Of a stretch of 64,000 nucleotides of DNA, positions 38,268 through 50,095 are shown one piece after another (positions within the stretch are counted from its first letter, which is position 1; each line of letters begins with the position of its first letter). The position numbers and the translations under genes are program-made. The DNA is from Octopus vulgaris (taxonomy: Eukaryota). The DNA is taken from contig OX597814.1 in the NCBI GenBank assembly GCA_951406725.2, positions 142,910,001 to 142,974,000 of the forward strand. The letters are read 5' to 3'. The notes below the pieces were generated by a model that was given only the letters and a program-made list of their open reading frames with translations, did not search any database and was not told the origin of the DNA.

Positions 38268-39596
38268 TCACCCATTTTCAATTAGTATTCCTGTTTTAAC
38301 CATCACAACATTCGTTTTTCTTTTAGCCCTCTCTATCCATTCATCTTTCATTTCCACTGTCTTCCAACACACACCCTCTTCCTCTAACCTTGTCGCCAAT
38401 ATACCCGTATCATCACCATCCACAGCCGTGTAGCTCCAATCTTCGTGTTCGTACCACTTGGTTAACACCAGTTTTTTAACGTTTTGTACGTCTCTCCCAT
38501 GTATAACAAATAAAAAATGGGTCTTGGGACTTTCTTTGCTCTGTGTGTCTGTTTTTATTCTTCTTGTAGGCGGGGAGTGGGTGGAATTACTGTTTGCATG
38601 GGAAGGATGGGACTCCAAGGGTATGGGTGGTGTCGGGGTGGGTTGGGGCTTCGCACAGTTTTTCTTTTTCCTTCTTTTTCTCTTTGTTCCCGCTTCTTTC
38701 CACTCTTGTTGCATCTCCTCTTCTTCTGTCGTTTCCTTCTCTGTTTGTTTCTGTTTATTTTCTTCCTCTCCCGAGGCTTCCTCAACGCTTTCCTTTTCTT
38801 TTTCCTTTGGTGGGGGAGGGCAGTAGGCTCTTATGTGACCCCTTTGGCCACACTTGTAGCACCTGGGCGCCCTACCCTCCACCCACACTCTCATAATAAT
38901 ATTTCCAGTCTTTATGCTGTCCGTAATCTTCTCTATAACATCCGCCTCCGTTTGAATGTTCATAACCAGTGTGGCACCTCTCACGCCTTCATACTTCATA
39001 CTGGCGTGGAGGATGTCCACCTTATCCTCATTTCCTTTTATAACCGCAGCCGTTATTACTTCGCCCTCTAGGTGTGGAGGTATTCCCTCCACCCTAATTC
39101 TAGTTGTCCGCCTATTCAGATACGAGGGTAACAAGTAAATCTTTTCTGTACTCACCACCTTGGCTGCTACATTCCTGGCTGCTTTTTCACTTTTAAATTG
39201 CACCGTTATGGTTCCGTATTGTAATCCTTTCGTCATGTACACAATTTCCTCTCCCGTCTGCTTAAGAGCCTCTTCAATTGCTTCCATGTTAATTACTTCC
39301 ATCTTTCTACCTCCATTCATAAATACTTTATATTTAATGGTTCTACGATGGAACCAGTCTCCGCACCCTACTGGATGCAGCAGCTCAACTTCACCGTTCT
39401 CGTCCTCCTTCACAAATTCCTGGAGGCCCGCCAACTTAGCCAAGTCTATCTCTCTTTCCGTTGACTTCTTCGTTACACCTGCGTAGGTGCCTTCCATCTT
39501 TTTCACCGCCAACTCCTCCTCAGATGTCGATACTTCCGTCGAAATTTCAGAGTAAATTCTCCCTTCCATCTCCTCCGCTTGATGGAGGCGGCTCAT
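38268..39596 (-). CDS. ORF1 family B unit 2 (442 aa from MSRLHQ)
   Basis: CYKCGQRGHIRAYC; the upstream extension in the ORF track runs through the neighbouring unit's UTR. Confidence 0.85.
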   Translation of the reverse strand: MSRLHQAEEMEGRIYSEISTEVSTSEEELAVKKMEGTYAGVTKKSTEREIDLAKLAGLQEFVKEDENGEVELLHPVGCGDWFHRRTIKYKVFMNGGRKMEVINMEAIEEALKQTGEEIVYMTKGLQYGTITVQFKSEKAARNVAAKVVSTEKIYLLPSYLNRRTTRIRVEGIPPHLEGEVITAAVIKGNEDKVDILHASMKYEGVRGATLVMNIQTEADVIEKITDSIKTGNIIMRVWVEGRAPRCYKCGQRGHIRAYCPPPPKEKEKESVEEASGEEENKQKQTEKETTEEEEMQQEWKEAGTKRKRRKKKNCAKPQPTPTPPIPLESHPSHANSNSTHSPPTRRIKTDTQSKESPKTHFLFVIHGRDVQNVKKLVLTKWYEHEDWSYTAVDGDDTGILATRLEEEGVCWKTVEMKDEWIERAKRKTNVVMVKTGILIENG

Positions 39597-39942
39597 AGTC
39601 GCCTCCGGCCGAGAAACGGCCTCCCGAACCGAAAAAGTGTAACGCGCAGAACCAGTGAGACGCGAAACCGCATTAACTATGTTCAAAATTTTACACCAAC
39701 AACCATTCACTTTTTGTTCTTTTTTCTTTTTACCGAATTTCACAGAGAGCAAAAAACACAGAGCCGAAAAAACCACGTGATTTTTTATTACCCACAAGGG
39801 GCCAACGAAGAGGGGGACATTACAAGACATGGGGACATGGAACATCACAATTACATATATATGAGCAAAATGGAATATGAAAAATGATATATGAGAGCGA
39901 TACCGACGGCCCCATCCGCCAGCATCACTTATCTGTCCTTCT

Positions 39943-41271
39943 TCACCCATTTTCAATTAGTATTCCTGTTTCACCTATCACAACATTCGTTTTTCTTTTA
40001 GCCCTCTCTATCCATTCATCTTTCATTTTCACTGACTTCCAATACACACCCTCTTCCTCTAACCTTGTCGCCAATATACCCGTATCATCACTATCCACAG
40101 CCGTGTAGCTCCAATCTTCGTGTTCGTACCACTTGGTTAACACCAGTTTTTTAACGTTTTGTATGTCTTTCCCATGTATAACAAATAAAAAATGGGTCTT
40201 GGGACTTTCTTTGCTCTGTGTGTCTGTTTTTATTTTTCTTGTAGGCGGGGAGTGGGTGGAATTACTGTTTGCAGGGGAAGGATGGGACTCCAAGGGTATG
40301 GGTGGTGTCGGGGTGGGTTGGGGCTTCGCACAGTTTTTCTTTTTCCTTCTTTTTCTCTTTGTTCCCGCTTCTTTCCACTCTTGTTGCATCTCCTCTTCTT
40401 CTGTCGTTTCCTTCTCTGTTTGTTTCTGTTTATTTTCTTCCATCTCCGAGGCTTCCTCAACGCTTTCCTTTTCTTTTTCCTTTGGTGGGGGAGGGCAGTA
40501 GGCTCTTATGTGACCCCTTTGGCCACACTTGTAGCACCTGGGCGCCCTACCCTCCACCCACACTCTCATAATAATATTTCCAGTCTTTATGCTGTCCGTA
40601 ATCTTCTCTATAACATCCGCCTCCGTTTGAATGTTCATAACCAGTGTGGCACCTCTCACGCCTTCATACTTCATACTGGCGTGGAGGATGTCCACCTTAT
40701 CCTCATTTCCTTTTATAACCGCAGCCGTTATTACTTCGCCCTCTAGGTGTGGAGGTATTCCCTCCACCCTAATTCTAGTTGTCCGCCTATTCAGATACGA
40801 GGGTAACAAGTAAATCTTTTCTGTACTCACCACCTTGGCTGCTACATTCCTGGCTGCTTTTTCACTTTTAAATTGCACCGTTATGGTTCCGTATTGTAAT
40901 CCTTTCGTCATGTACACAATTTCCTCTCCCGTCTGCTTAAGAGCCTCTTCAATTGCTTCCATGTTAATTACTTCCATCTTTCTACCTCCATTCATAAATA
41001 CTTTATATTTAATGGTTCTACGATGGAACCAGTCTCCGCACCCTACTGGATGCAGCAGCTCAACTTCACCGTTCTCGTCCTCCTTCACAAATTCCTGGAG
41101 GCCCGCCAACTTAGCCAAGTCTATCTCTCTTTCCGTTGACTTCTTCGTTACACCTGCGTAGGTGCCTTCCATCTTTTTCACCGCCAACTCCTCCTCAGAT
41201 GTCGATACTTCCGTCGAAATTTCAGAGTAAATTCTCCCTTCCATCTCCTCCGCTTGATGGAGGCGGCTCAT
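39943..41271 (-). CDS. ORF1 family B unit 3 (442 aa)
   Basis: Intact copy. Confidence 0.85.
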   Translation of the reverse strand: MSRLHQAEEMEGRIYSEISTEVSTSEEELAVKKMEGTYAGVTKKSTEREIDLAKLAGLQEFVKEDENGEVELLHPVGCGDWFHRRTIKYKVFMNGGRKMEVINMEAIEEALKQTGEEIVYMTKGLQYGTITVQFKSEKAARNVAAKVVSTEKIYLLPSYLNRRTTRIRVEGIPPHLEGEVITAAVIKGNEDKVDILHASMKYEGVRGATLVMNIQTEADVIEKITDSIKTGNIIMRVWVEGRAPRCYKCGQRGHIRAYCPPPPKEKEKESVEEASEMEENKQKQTEKETTEEEEMQQEWKEAGTKRKRRKKKNCAKPQPTPTPPIPLESHPSPANSNSTHSPPTRKIKTDTQSKESPKTHFLFVIHGKDIQNVKKLVLTKWYEHEDWSYTAVDSDDTGILATRLEEEGVYWKSVKMKDEWIERAKRKTNVVIGETGILIENG

Positions 41272-41616
41272 AGTCGCCTCCGGCCGAGAAACGGCCTCCC
41301 GAACCGAAAAAGTGTAACGCGCAGAACCAGTGAGACGCGAAACCGCATTAACTATGTTCAAAATTTTACACCAACAACCATTCACTTTTTGTTCTTTTTT
41401 CTTTTTACCGAATTTCACAGAGAGCAAAAACCACAGAGCCGAAAAAACCACGTGATTTTTTATTACCCACAAGGGGCCAACGAAGAGGGGGACATTACAA
41501 GACATGGGGACATGGAACATCACAATTACATATATATGAGCAAAATGGAATATGAAAATGATATATGAGAGCGATACCGACGGCCCCATCCGCCAGCATC
41601 ACTTATCTGTCCTTCT

Positions 41617-42943
41617 TCACCCATTTTCAATTAGTATTCCTGTTTTAACCATCACAACATTCGTTTTTCTTTTAGCCCTCTCTATCCATTCATCTTTCAT
41701 TTCCACTGTCTTCCAACACACACCCTCTTCCTCTAACCTTGTCGCCAATATACCCGTATCATCACCATCCACAGCCGTGTAGCTCCAATCTTCGTGTTCG
41801 TACCACTTGGTTAACACCAGTTTTTTAACGTTTTGTACGTCTCTCCCATGTATAACAAATAAAAAATGGGTCTTGGGACTTTCTTTGCTCTGTGTGTCTG
41901 TTTTTATTCTTCTTGTAGGCGGGGAGTGGGTGGAATTACTGTTTGCATGGGAAGGATGGGACTCCAAGGGTATGGGTGGTGTCGGGGTGGGTTGGGGCTT
42001 CGCACAGTTTTTCTTTTTCCTTCTTTTTCTCTTTGTTCCCGCTTCTTTCCACTCTTGTTGCATCTCCTCTTCTTCTGTCGTTTCCTTCTCTGTTTGTTTC
42101 TGTTTATTTTCTTCCTCTCCCGAGGCTTCCTCAACGCTTTCCTTTTCTTTTTCCTTTGGTGGGGGAGGGCAGTAGGCTCTTATGTGACCCCTTTGGCCAC
42201 ACTTGTAGCACCTGGGCGCCCTACCCTCCACCCACACTCTCATAATAATATTTCCAGTCTTTATGCTGTCCGTAATCTTCTCTATAACATCCGCCTCCGT
42301 TTGAATGTTCATAACCAGTGTGGCACCTCTCACGCCTTCATACTTCATACTGGCGTGGAGGATGTCCACCTTATCCTCATTTCCTTTTATAACCGCAGCC
42401 GTTATTACTTCGCCCTCTAGGTGTGGAGGTATTCCCTCCACCCTAATTCTAGTTGTCCGCCTATTCAGATACGAGGGTAACAAGTAAATCTTTTCTGTAC
42501 TCACCACCTTGGCTGCTACATTCCTGGCTGCTTTTTCACTTTTAAATTGCACCGTTATGGTTCCGTATTGTAATCCTTTCGTCATGTACACAATTTCCTC
42601 TCCCGTCTGCTTAAGAGCCTCTTCAATTGCTTCCATGTTAATTACTTCCATCTTTCTACCTCCATTCATAAATACTTTATATTTAATGGTTCTACGATGG
42701 AACCAGTCTCCGCACCCTACTGGATGCAGCAGCTCAACTTCACCGTTCTCGTCCTCCTTCACAAATTCCTGGAGGCCCGCCAACTTAGCCAAGTCTATCT
42801 CTTTCCGTTGACTTCTTCGTTACACCTGCGTAGGTGCCTTCCATCTTTTTCACCGCCAACTCCTCCTCAGATGTCGATACTTCCGTCGAAATTTCAGAGT
42901 AAATTCTCCCTTCCATCTCCTCCGCTTGATGGAGGCGGCTCAT
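41617..42943 (-). pseudogene. ORF1 family B unit 4, 2-nt deletion in a (CT)n run
   Basis: Frameshift near 42800. Confidence 0.8.
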
Positions 42944-43289
42944 AGTCGCCTCCGGCCGAGAAACGGCCTCCCGAACCGAAAAAGTGTAACGCGCAGAACC
43001 AGTGAGACGCGAAACCGCATTAACTATGTTCAAAATTTTACACCAACAACCATTCACTTTTTGTTCTTTTTTCTTTTTACCGAATTTCACAGAGAGCAAA
43101 AACCACAGAGCCGAAAAAACCACGTGATTTTTTATTACCCACAAGGGGCCAACGAAGAGGGGGACATTACAAGACATGGGGACATGGAACATCACAATTA
43201 CATATATATGAGCAAAATGGAATATGAAAAATGATATATGAGAGCGATACCGACGGCCCCATCCGCCAGCATCACTTATCTGTCCTTCT

Positions 43290-44616
43290 TCACCCATTTT
43301 CAATTAGTATTCCTGTTTCACCTATCACAACATTCGTTTTTCTTTTAGCCCTCTCTATCCATTCATCTTTCATTTTCACTGACTTCCAACACACCCTCTT
43401 CCTCTAACCTTGTCGCCAATATACCCGTATCATCACTATCCACAGCCGTGTAGCTCCAATCTTCGTGTTCGTACCACTTGGTTAACACCAGTTTTTTAAC
43501 GTTTTGTATGTCTTTCCCATGTATAACAAATAAAAAATGGGTCTTGGGACTTTCTTTGCTCTGTGTGTCTGTTTTTATTTTTCTTGTAGGCGGGGAGTGG
43601 GTGGAATTACTGTTTGCAGGGGAAGGATGGGACTCCAAGGGTATGGGTGGTGTCGGGGTGGGTTGGGGCTTCGCACAGTTTTTCTTTTTCCTTCTTTTTC
43701 TCTTTGTTCCCGCTTCTTTCCACTCTTGTTGCATCTCCTCTTCTTCTGTCGTTTCCTTCTCTGTTTGTTTCTGTTTATTTTCTTCATCTCCCGAGGCTTC
43801 CTCAACGCTTTCCTTTTCTTTTTCCTTTGGTGGGGGAGGGCAGTAGGCTCTTATGTGACCCCTTTGGCCACACTTGTAGCACCTGGGCGCCCTACCCTCC
43901 ACCCACACTCTCATAATAATATTTCCAGTCTTTATGCTGTCCGTAATCTTCTCTATAACATCCGCCTCCGTTTGAATGTTCATAACCAGTGTGGCACCTC
44001 TCACGCCTTCATACTTCATACTGGCGTGGAGGATGTCCACCTTATCCTCATTTCCTTTTATAACCGCAGCCGTTATTACTTCGCCCTCTAGGTGTGGAGG
44101 TATTCCCTCCACCCTAATTCTAGTTGTCCGCCTATTCAGATACGAGGGTAACAAGTAAATCTTTTCTGTACTCACCACCTTGGCTGCTACATTCCTGGCT
44201 GCTTTTTCACTTTTAAATTGCACCGTTATGGTTCCGTATTGTAATCCTTTCGTCATGTACACAATTTCCTCTCCCGTCTGCTTAAGAGCCTCTTCAATTG
44301 CTTCCATGTTAATTACTTCCATCTTTCTACCTCCATTCATAAATACTTTATATTTAATGGTTCTACGATGGAACCAGTCTCCGCACCCTACTGGATGCAG
44401 CAGCTCAACTTCACCGTTCTCGTCCTCCTTCACAAATTCCTGGAGGCCCGCCAACTTAGCCAAGTCTATCTCTCTTTCCGTTGACTTCTTCGTTACACCT
44501 GCGTAGGTGCCTTCCATCTTTTTCACCGCCAACTCCTCCTCAGATGTCGATACTTCCGTCGAAATTTCAGAGTAAATTCTCCCTTCCATCTCCTCCGCTT
44601 GATGGAGGCGGCTCAT
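43290..44616 (-). pseudogene. ORF1 family B unit 5, late frameshift
   Basis: 2-nt loss in an (AC)n run near 43390. Confidence 0.8.
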
Positions 44617-44961
44617 AGTCGCCTCCGGCCGAGAAACGGCCTCCCGAACCGAAAAAGTGTAACGCGCAGAACCAGCGAGACGCGAAACCTCATCAACTAT
44701 GTTCAAAATTTTACACCAACAACCATTCACTTTTTGTTCTTTTTTCTTTTTACCGAATTTCACAGAGAGCAAAAAACACAGAGCCGAAAAAACCACGTGA
44801 TTTTTTATTACCCACAAGGGGCCAACGAAGAGGGGGACATTACAAGACATGGGGACATGGAACATCACAATTACATATATATGAGCAAAATGGAATATGA
44901 AAATGATATATGAGAGCGATACCGACGGCCCCATCCGCCAGCATCACTTATCTGTCCTTCT

Positions 44962-46290
44962 TCACCCATTTTCAATTAGTATTCCTGTTTCACCTATCAC
45001 AACATTCGTTTTTCTTTTAGCCCTCTCTATCCATTCATCTTTCATTTTCACTGACTTCCAACACACACCCTCTTCCTCTAACCTTGTCGCCAATATACCC
45101 GTATCATCACTATCCACAGCCGTGTAGCTCCAATCTTCGTGTTCGTACCACTTGGTTAACACCAGTTTTTTAACGTTTTGTATGTCTTTCCCTTGTATAA
45201 CACATAAAAAATGGGTCTTGGGACTTTCTTTGCTCTGTGTGTCTGTTTTTGTTTTTCTTGTAGGCGGGGAGTGGGTGGAATCACTGTTTGCAGGGGAAGG
45301 ATGGGACTCCAAGGGTATGGGTGGTGTCGGGGTGGGTTGGGGTTTCGCACAGTTTTTCTTTTTCTTTCTCTTTCTCTTTGTTCCCACTTCTTTCCACTCT
45401 TGTTGCATCTCCTCTTCTTCTGTCGTTTCCTTCTCTGTTTGTTTCTGTTTATTTTCTTCCTCTCCTGAGGCTTCCTCAACTCTTTCCTTTTCTTTTTCCT
45501 TTGGTGGGGGAGGGCAGTAGGCTCTTATGTGACCCCTTTGGCCACACTTGTAGCACCTGGGCGCCCTACCCTCCACCCACACTCTCATAATAATATTTCC
45601 AGTTTTTATGCTGTCCGTAATCCTCTCTATAACATCCGCCTCCGCTTGAACGTTCATAACTAGTGTGGCACCTCTCACGCCTTCATACTTCATAATGGCG
45701 TGGAGGATGTCCACTTTATCTTCATTTCCTTTTATAACCGCAGCCGTTATTAATTCGCCCTCTAGGTGTGGAGGTATTCCCTCCACCCTAATTCTAGTTG
45801 TCCGCCTATTCAGATACGAGGGTAACAAGTAAATCTTTTCTGTACTCACCACCTTGGCTGCTACATTCCTGGCTGCTTTTTCGCTTTTAAATTGCACCGT
45901 TATCGTTCCGTATTGTAATCCTTTTGTCATGTACACAATTTCCTCTCCTGTCTGCTTGAGAGCCTCTTCAATTGCTTCCATGTTGATTACTTCCATCTTT
46001 CTACCTCCATTCATAAATACTTTATATTTAATGGTTCTACGATGGAACCAGTCTCCGCGCCCTACTGGATGCAGCAGCTCGACTTCACCGTTCTCGTCCT
46101 CCTTCACAAACTCCTGGAGGCCCGCCAACTTAGCCAAGTCTATCTCTCTTTCCGTTGACTTCTTCGTTACACCTGCGTAGGTGCCTTCCATCTTTTTCAC
46201 CGCCAACTCCTCCTCAGATGTCGATACTTCCGTCGAAATTTCAGAGTAAATTCTCCCTTCCATCTCCTCCGCTTGATGGAGGCGGCTCAT
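44962..46290 (-). CDS. ORF1 family B unit 6 (442 aa, diverged variant)
   Basis: Intact; several private substitutions. Confidence 0.85.
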   Translation of the reverse strand: MSRLHQAEEMEGRIYSEISTEVSTSEEELAVKKMEGTYAGVTKKSTEREIDLAKLAGLQEFVKEDENGEVELLHPVGRGDWFHRRTIKYKVFMNGGRKMEVINMEAIEEALKQTGEEIVYMTKGLQYGTITVQFKSEKAARNVAAKVVSTEKIYLLPSYLNRRTTRIRVEGIPPHLEGELITAAVIKGNEDKVDILHAIMKYEGVRGATLVMNVQAEADVIERITDSIKTGNIIMRVWVEGRAPRCYKCGQRGHIRAYCPPPPKEKEKERVEEASGEEENKQKQTEKETTEEEEMQQEWKEVGTKRKRKKKKNCAKPQPTPTPPIPLESHPSPANSDSTHSPPTRKTKTDTQSKESPKTHFLCVIQGKDIQNVKKLVLTKWYEHEDWSYTAVDSDDTGILATRLEEEGVCWKSVKMKDEWIERAKRKTNVVIGETGILIENG

Positions 46291-46812
46291 AGTCGCCTCC
46301 GGCCGAGAAACGGCCTCCCGAACCGAAAAAGTGTAACGCGCAGAACCAGTGAGACGCGAAACCGCATCAACTATGTTCAAAATTTTACAACAACAACCAT
46401 TCACTTTTTGTTCTTTTTTCTTTTTACCGAATTCCACAGAGAGCAAAAAACACAGAGCCGAAAAAAACACGATTTTTTTTTTTTTTTTTTTTTTTATTAC
46501 CCACAAGGGGCCACGAAGAGGGGGACATTACAAGACGGGACATGGGGTACATAAAGTAAAAATAAAATATGAAGTAAAAGATGAATTTATATGTAATGAG
46601 ATGGAACGGCTTACGAACCCCCAACTCGCAGTTCCGTTTAAAATACAATTATACATTTCATATATTCCAGTTCAAAATACAATTTTACAGTTACATATAT
46701 TCCAGTTCACAGTACAATAATTTTACAATTTTACATGTTAACATTACATATATTCCTGTTCAAAAACACAACTTTACATCAAATAATTTTACAAGTAACA
46801 ATTCTAATTCTT

Positions 46813-48145
46813 TTACATTAGACACTCGTCCGTCATATAATCCAATAGGTCCGTTTGATCTATTACATCTGGTAATTTATCATACCGTACATAATGCATT
46901 ATATGCATAGCATGATATATCTTTTTTAATTTTGTGTATGTCTCCTTGTCTATAATGACGCCTTTTACATCTTCACCATACAGTTTTGGGTTCACCTTCA
47001 CCCTGACCAACCCTTTCTTACCTACAAGTCTCTTTTCCACTTCTGTATTCTTGATATACATCACAACTGCCTTCAAGTTTTTTCCTGTAGGCCTTCTTCC
47101 ATATTTACACGATTCCAATTGTTCGTTCACTCTTGTCTCCCATTCTTGTTCAAACTCTGTCCTTGGTCGCTCTCTCACCTTTTCTTTTACTTCCTGTTCT
47201 TTTTTCTCTTCTCTCTCTTCTGCTATCTTGCTTTTTTGATTTTTTCTTTTTTATATCTTTCGGTGGTGATTCCACCCTTGATCTCTTCTTGTCTTCTGTT
47301 TTTTCCTCTTCTGCACTTGCTCGTTCTTCCTCATTTAACTGCTCCTCCATTTGTGTTTCCTCCGCTTTCGCTTCCTCCACACACGCTTCTTTACACTCCT
47401 CTATCACAACCTCTGGTGCTTTTGTTTTTTCTCGCGGGCACACATCCTTCATGTGGCCCCTCGATTTACAGTTATAGCAAATTGGGGGTCTTCCCTCTAC
47501 CACAACTCGGAGCCGTGTTTCGTCAGGGTAGACCAACTCCTCCGGGATGTTGTACAGGTCTCGCACGGTTATGTGTGCCAGAACCTGCACCGTATATCCC
47601 CACCACTTCACCTCTGCTGACTTCTCCACCTTCAGTACCTCCACATCATCCTTGCAGTTAAACAGCACTGCTGCCAGCAACCTTTCCATATTAAATTCGG
47701 GTGAGATTCTATTGATTCTCATCCTCACTGCTCTCCTTCCGCAGTAACTTGGTAGCAAAGTCCACTTATCCGATTTCAAAATTCTTGTAGCGTTCTTTTT
47801 TGCCTCCTCTTCTGTTTTAAAATACACCACTACCGTGGCATACTTCCTTCCTCTTTTAAAAAATGCTGGTTCACCCTCAATTTCCTTCAGACACCTTTCC
47901 ACTTCTTCCATTTCCGCTACTTCAATCTTCTTCGACTCCACGCACCACGTCCTGTACGTTATAGTACGCTTCTCTGCACTGCTTTCCTCCTCCTCGGACG
48001 GTGTGACTATCACACAGTCACCCTCCCTCTTTAAACTGTCGAAATACTTCTGTAAAGTCTTCTGTTCGACCATCACCTCCTCCATTTCCAGTTCACCGGC
48101 AACCAGGCCTCTGCCTGCCGCTCGCGCGTAAGTCTGCTCTTGCAT
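46813..48145 (-). pseudogene. ORF1 family C, one frameshift in an A-rich tract
   Basis: TYARAA, RGRKYATVVVYF, CYNCKSRGHMKDVC; the unit has a true poly(A) tail (T run at 46473-46495). Confidence 0.85.
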
Positions 48146-48436
48146 TTTCAAGAAAAAATTATTCCACGTCCTCCAACGAACTCGAACTCACAACCTCTTT
48201 ACTCGAAATAAACACACCAGAATAAACACACCAGAATAACTCAAAAAAAACACGGGAGCCGAAAAAAACACGTGATTTTTTATTACCCACAAGGGGCCAA
48301 CGAAGAGGGGGACATTACAAGACATGGGGACATGGAACATCACAATTACATATATATGAGCAAAATGGAATATGAAAATGATATATGAGAGCGATACCGA
48401 CGGCCCCATCCGCCAGCATCACTTATCTGTCCTTCT

Positions 48437-49765
48437 TCACCCATTTTCAATTAGTATTCCTGTTTTAACCATCACAACATTCGTTTTTCTTTTAGCCCTC
48501 TCTATCCATTCATCTTTCATTTCCACTGTCTTCCAACACACACCCTCTTCCTCTAACCTTGTCGCCAATATACCCGTATCATCACCATCCACAGCCGTGT
48601 AGCTCCAATCTTCGTGTTCGTACCACTTGGTTAACACCAGTTTTTTAACGTTTTGTACGTCTCTCCCATGTATAACAAATAAAAAATGGGTCTTGGGACT
48701 TTCTTTGCTCTGTGTGTCTGTTTTTATTCTTCTTGTAGGCGGGGAGTGGGTGGAATTACTGTTTGCATGGGAAGGATGGGACTCCAAGGGTATGGGTGGT
48801 GTCGGGGTGGGTTGGGGCTTCGCACAGTTTTTCTTTTTCCTTCTTTTTCTCTTTGTTCCCGCTTCTTTCCACTCTTGTTGCATCTCCTCTTCTTCTGTCG
48901 TTTCCTTCTCTGTTTGTTTCTGTTTATTTTCTTCCTCTCCCGAGGCTTCCTCAACGCTTTCCTTTTCTTTTTCCTTTGGTGGGGGAGGGCAGTAGGCTCT
49001 TATGTGACCCCTTTGGCCACACTTGTAGCACCTGGGCGCCCTACCCTCCACCCACACTCTCATAATAATATTTCCAGTCTTTATGCTGTCCGTAATCTTC
49101 TCTATAACATCCGCCTCCGTTTGAACGTTCATAACTAGTGTGGCACCTCTCACGCCTTCATACTTCATAATGGCGTGGAGGATGTCCACTTTATCTTCAT
49201 TTCCTTTTATAACCGCAGCCGTTATTAATTCGCCCTCTAGGTGTGGAGGTATTCCCTCCACCCTAATTCTAGTTGTCCGCCTATTCAGATACGAGGGTAA
49301 CAAGTAAATCTTTTCTGTACTCACCACCTTGGCTGCTACATTCCTGGCTGCTTTTTCGCTTTTAAATTGCACCGTTATCGTTCCGTATTGTAATTCTTTT
49401 GTCATGTACACAATTTCCTCTCCTGTCTGCTTGAGAGCCTCTTCAATTGCTTCCATGTTGATTACTTCCATCTTTCTACCTCCATTCATAAATACTTTAT
49501 ATTTAATGGTTCTACGATGGAACCAGTCTCCGCACCCTACTGGATGCAGCAGCTCAACTTCACCGTTCTCGTCCTCCTTCACAAATTCCTGGAGGCCCGC
49601 CAACTTAGCCAAGTCTATCTCTCTTTCCGTTGACTTCTTCGTTACACCTGCGTAGGTGCCTTCCATCTTTTTCACCGCCAACTCCTCCTCAGATGTCGAT
49701 ACTTCCGTCGAAATTTCAGAGTAAATTCTCCCTTCCATCTCCTCCGCTTGATGGAGGCGGCTCAT
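48437..49765 (-). CDS. ORF1 family B unit 7 (442 aa)
   Basis: Intact; mosaic of variants. Confidence 0.85.
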   Translation of the reverse strand: MSRLHQAEEMEGRIYSEISTEVSTSEEELAVKKMEGTYAGVTKKSTEREIDLAKLAGLQEFVKEDENGEVELLHPVGCGDWFHRRTIKYKVFMNGGRKMEVINMEAIEEALKQTGEEIVYMTKELQYGTITVQFKSEKAARNVAAKVVSTEKIYLLPSYLNRRTTRIRVEGIPPHLEGELITAAVIKGNEDKVDILHAIMKYEGVRGATLVMNVQTEADVIEKITDSIKTGNIIMRVWVEGRAPRCYKCGQRGHIRAYCPPPPKEKEKESVEEASGEEENKQKQTEKETTEEEEMQQEWKEAGTKRKRRKKKNCAKPQPTPTPPIPLESHPSHANSNSTHSPPTRRIKTDTQSKESPKTHFLFVIHGRDVQNVKKLVLTKWYEHEDWSYTAVDGDDTGILATRLEEEGVCWKTVEMKDEWIERAKRKTNVVMVKTGILIENG

Positions 49766-50095
49766 AGTCGCCTCCGGCCGAGAAACGGCCTCCCGAACCG
49801 AAAAAGTGTAACGCGCAGAACCAGTGAGACGCGAAACCTCATCAACTATGTTCAAAATTTTACACCAACAACCATTCACTTTTTGTTCTTTTTTCTTTTT
49901 ACCGAATTTCACAGAGAGCAAAAAACACAGAGCCGAAAAAAACACGTGATTTTTTATTACCCACAAGGGGCCAACGAAGAGGGGGACATTACAAAACATG
50001 GGGACATAGAACATTATAATTAAACTTTATGAACATGAATTGTTAAACGAAAAATGATAAAATGAAAGTGATACCAACGGCCCCGTCCGTCAGCA

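Noticed and set aside
39597-39956. 70-120 aa N-terminal extensions on B-family ORFs (514-562 aa calls)
   Set aside because: They run through the neighbouring unit's 3' UTR, tail and junction, and the frame varies between copies; MSRLHQ is the positional match to the family A start.
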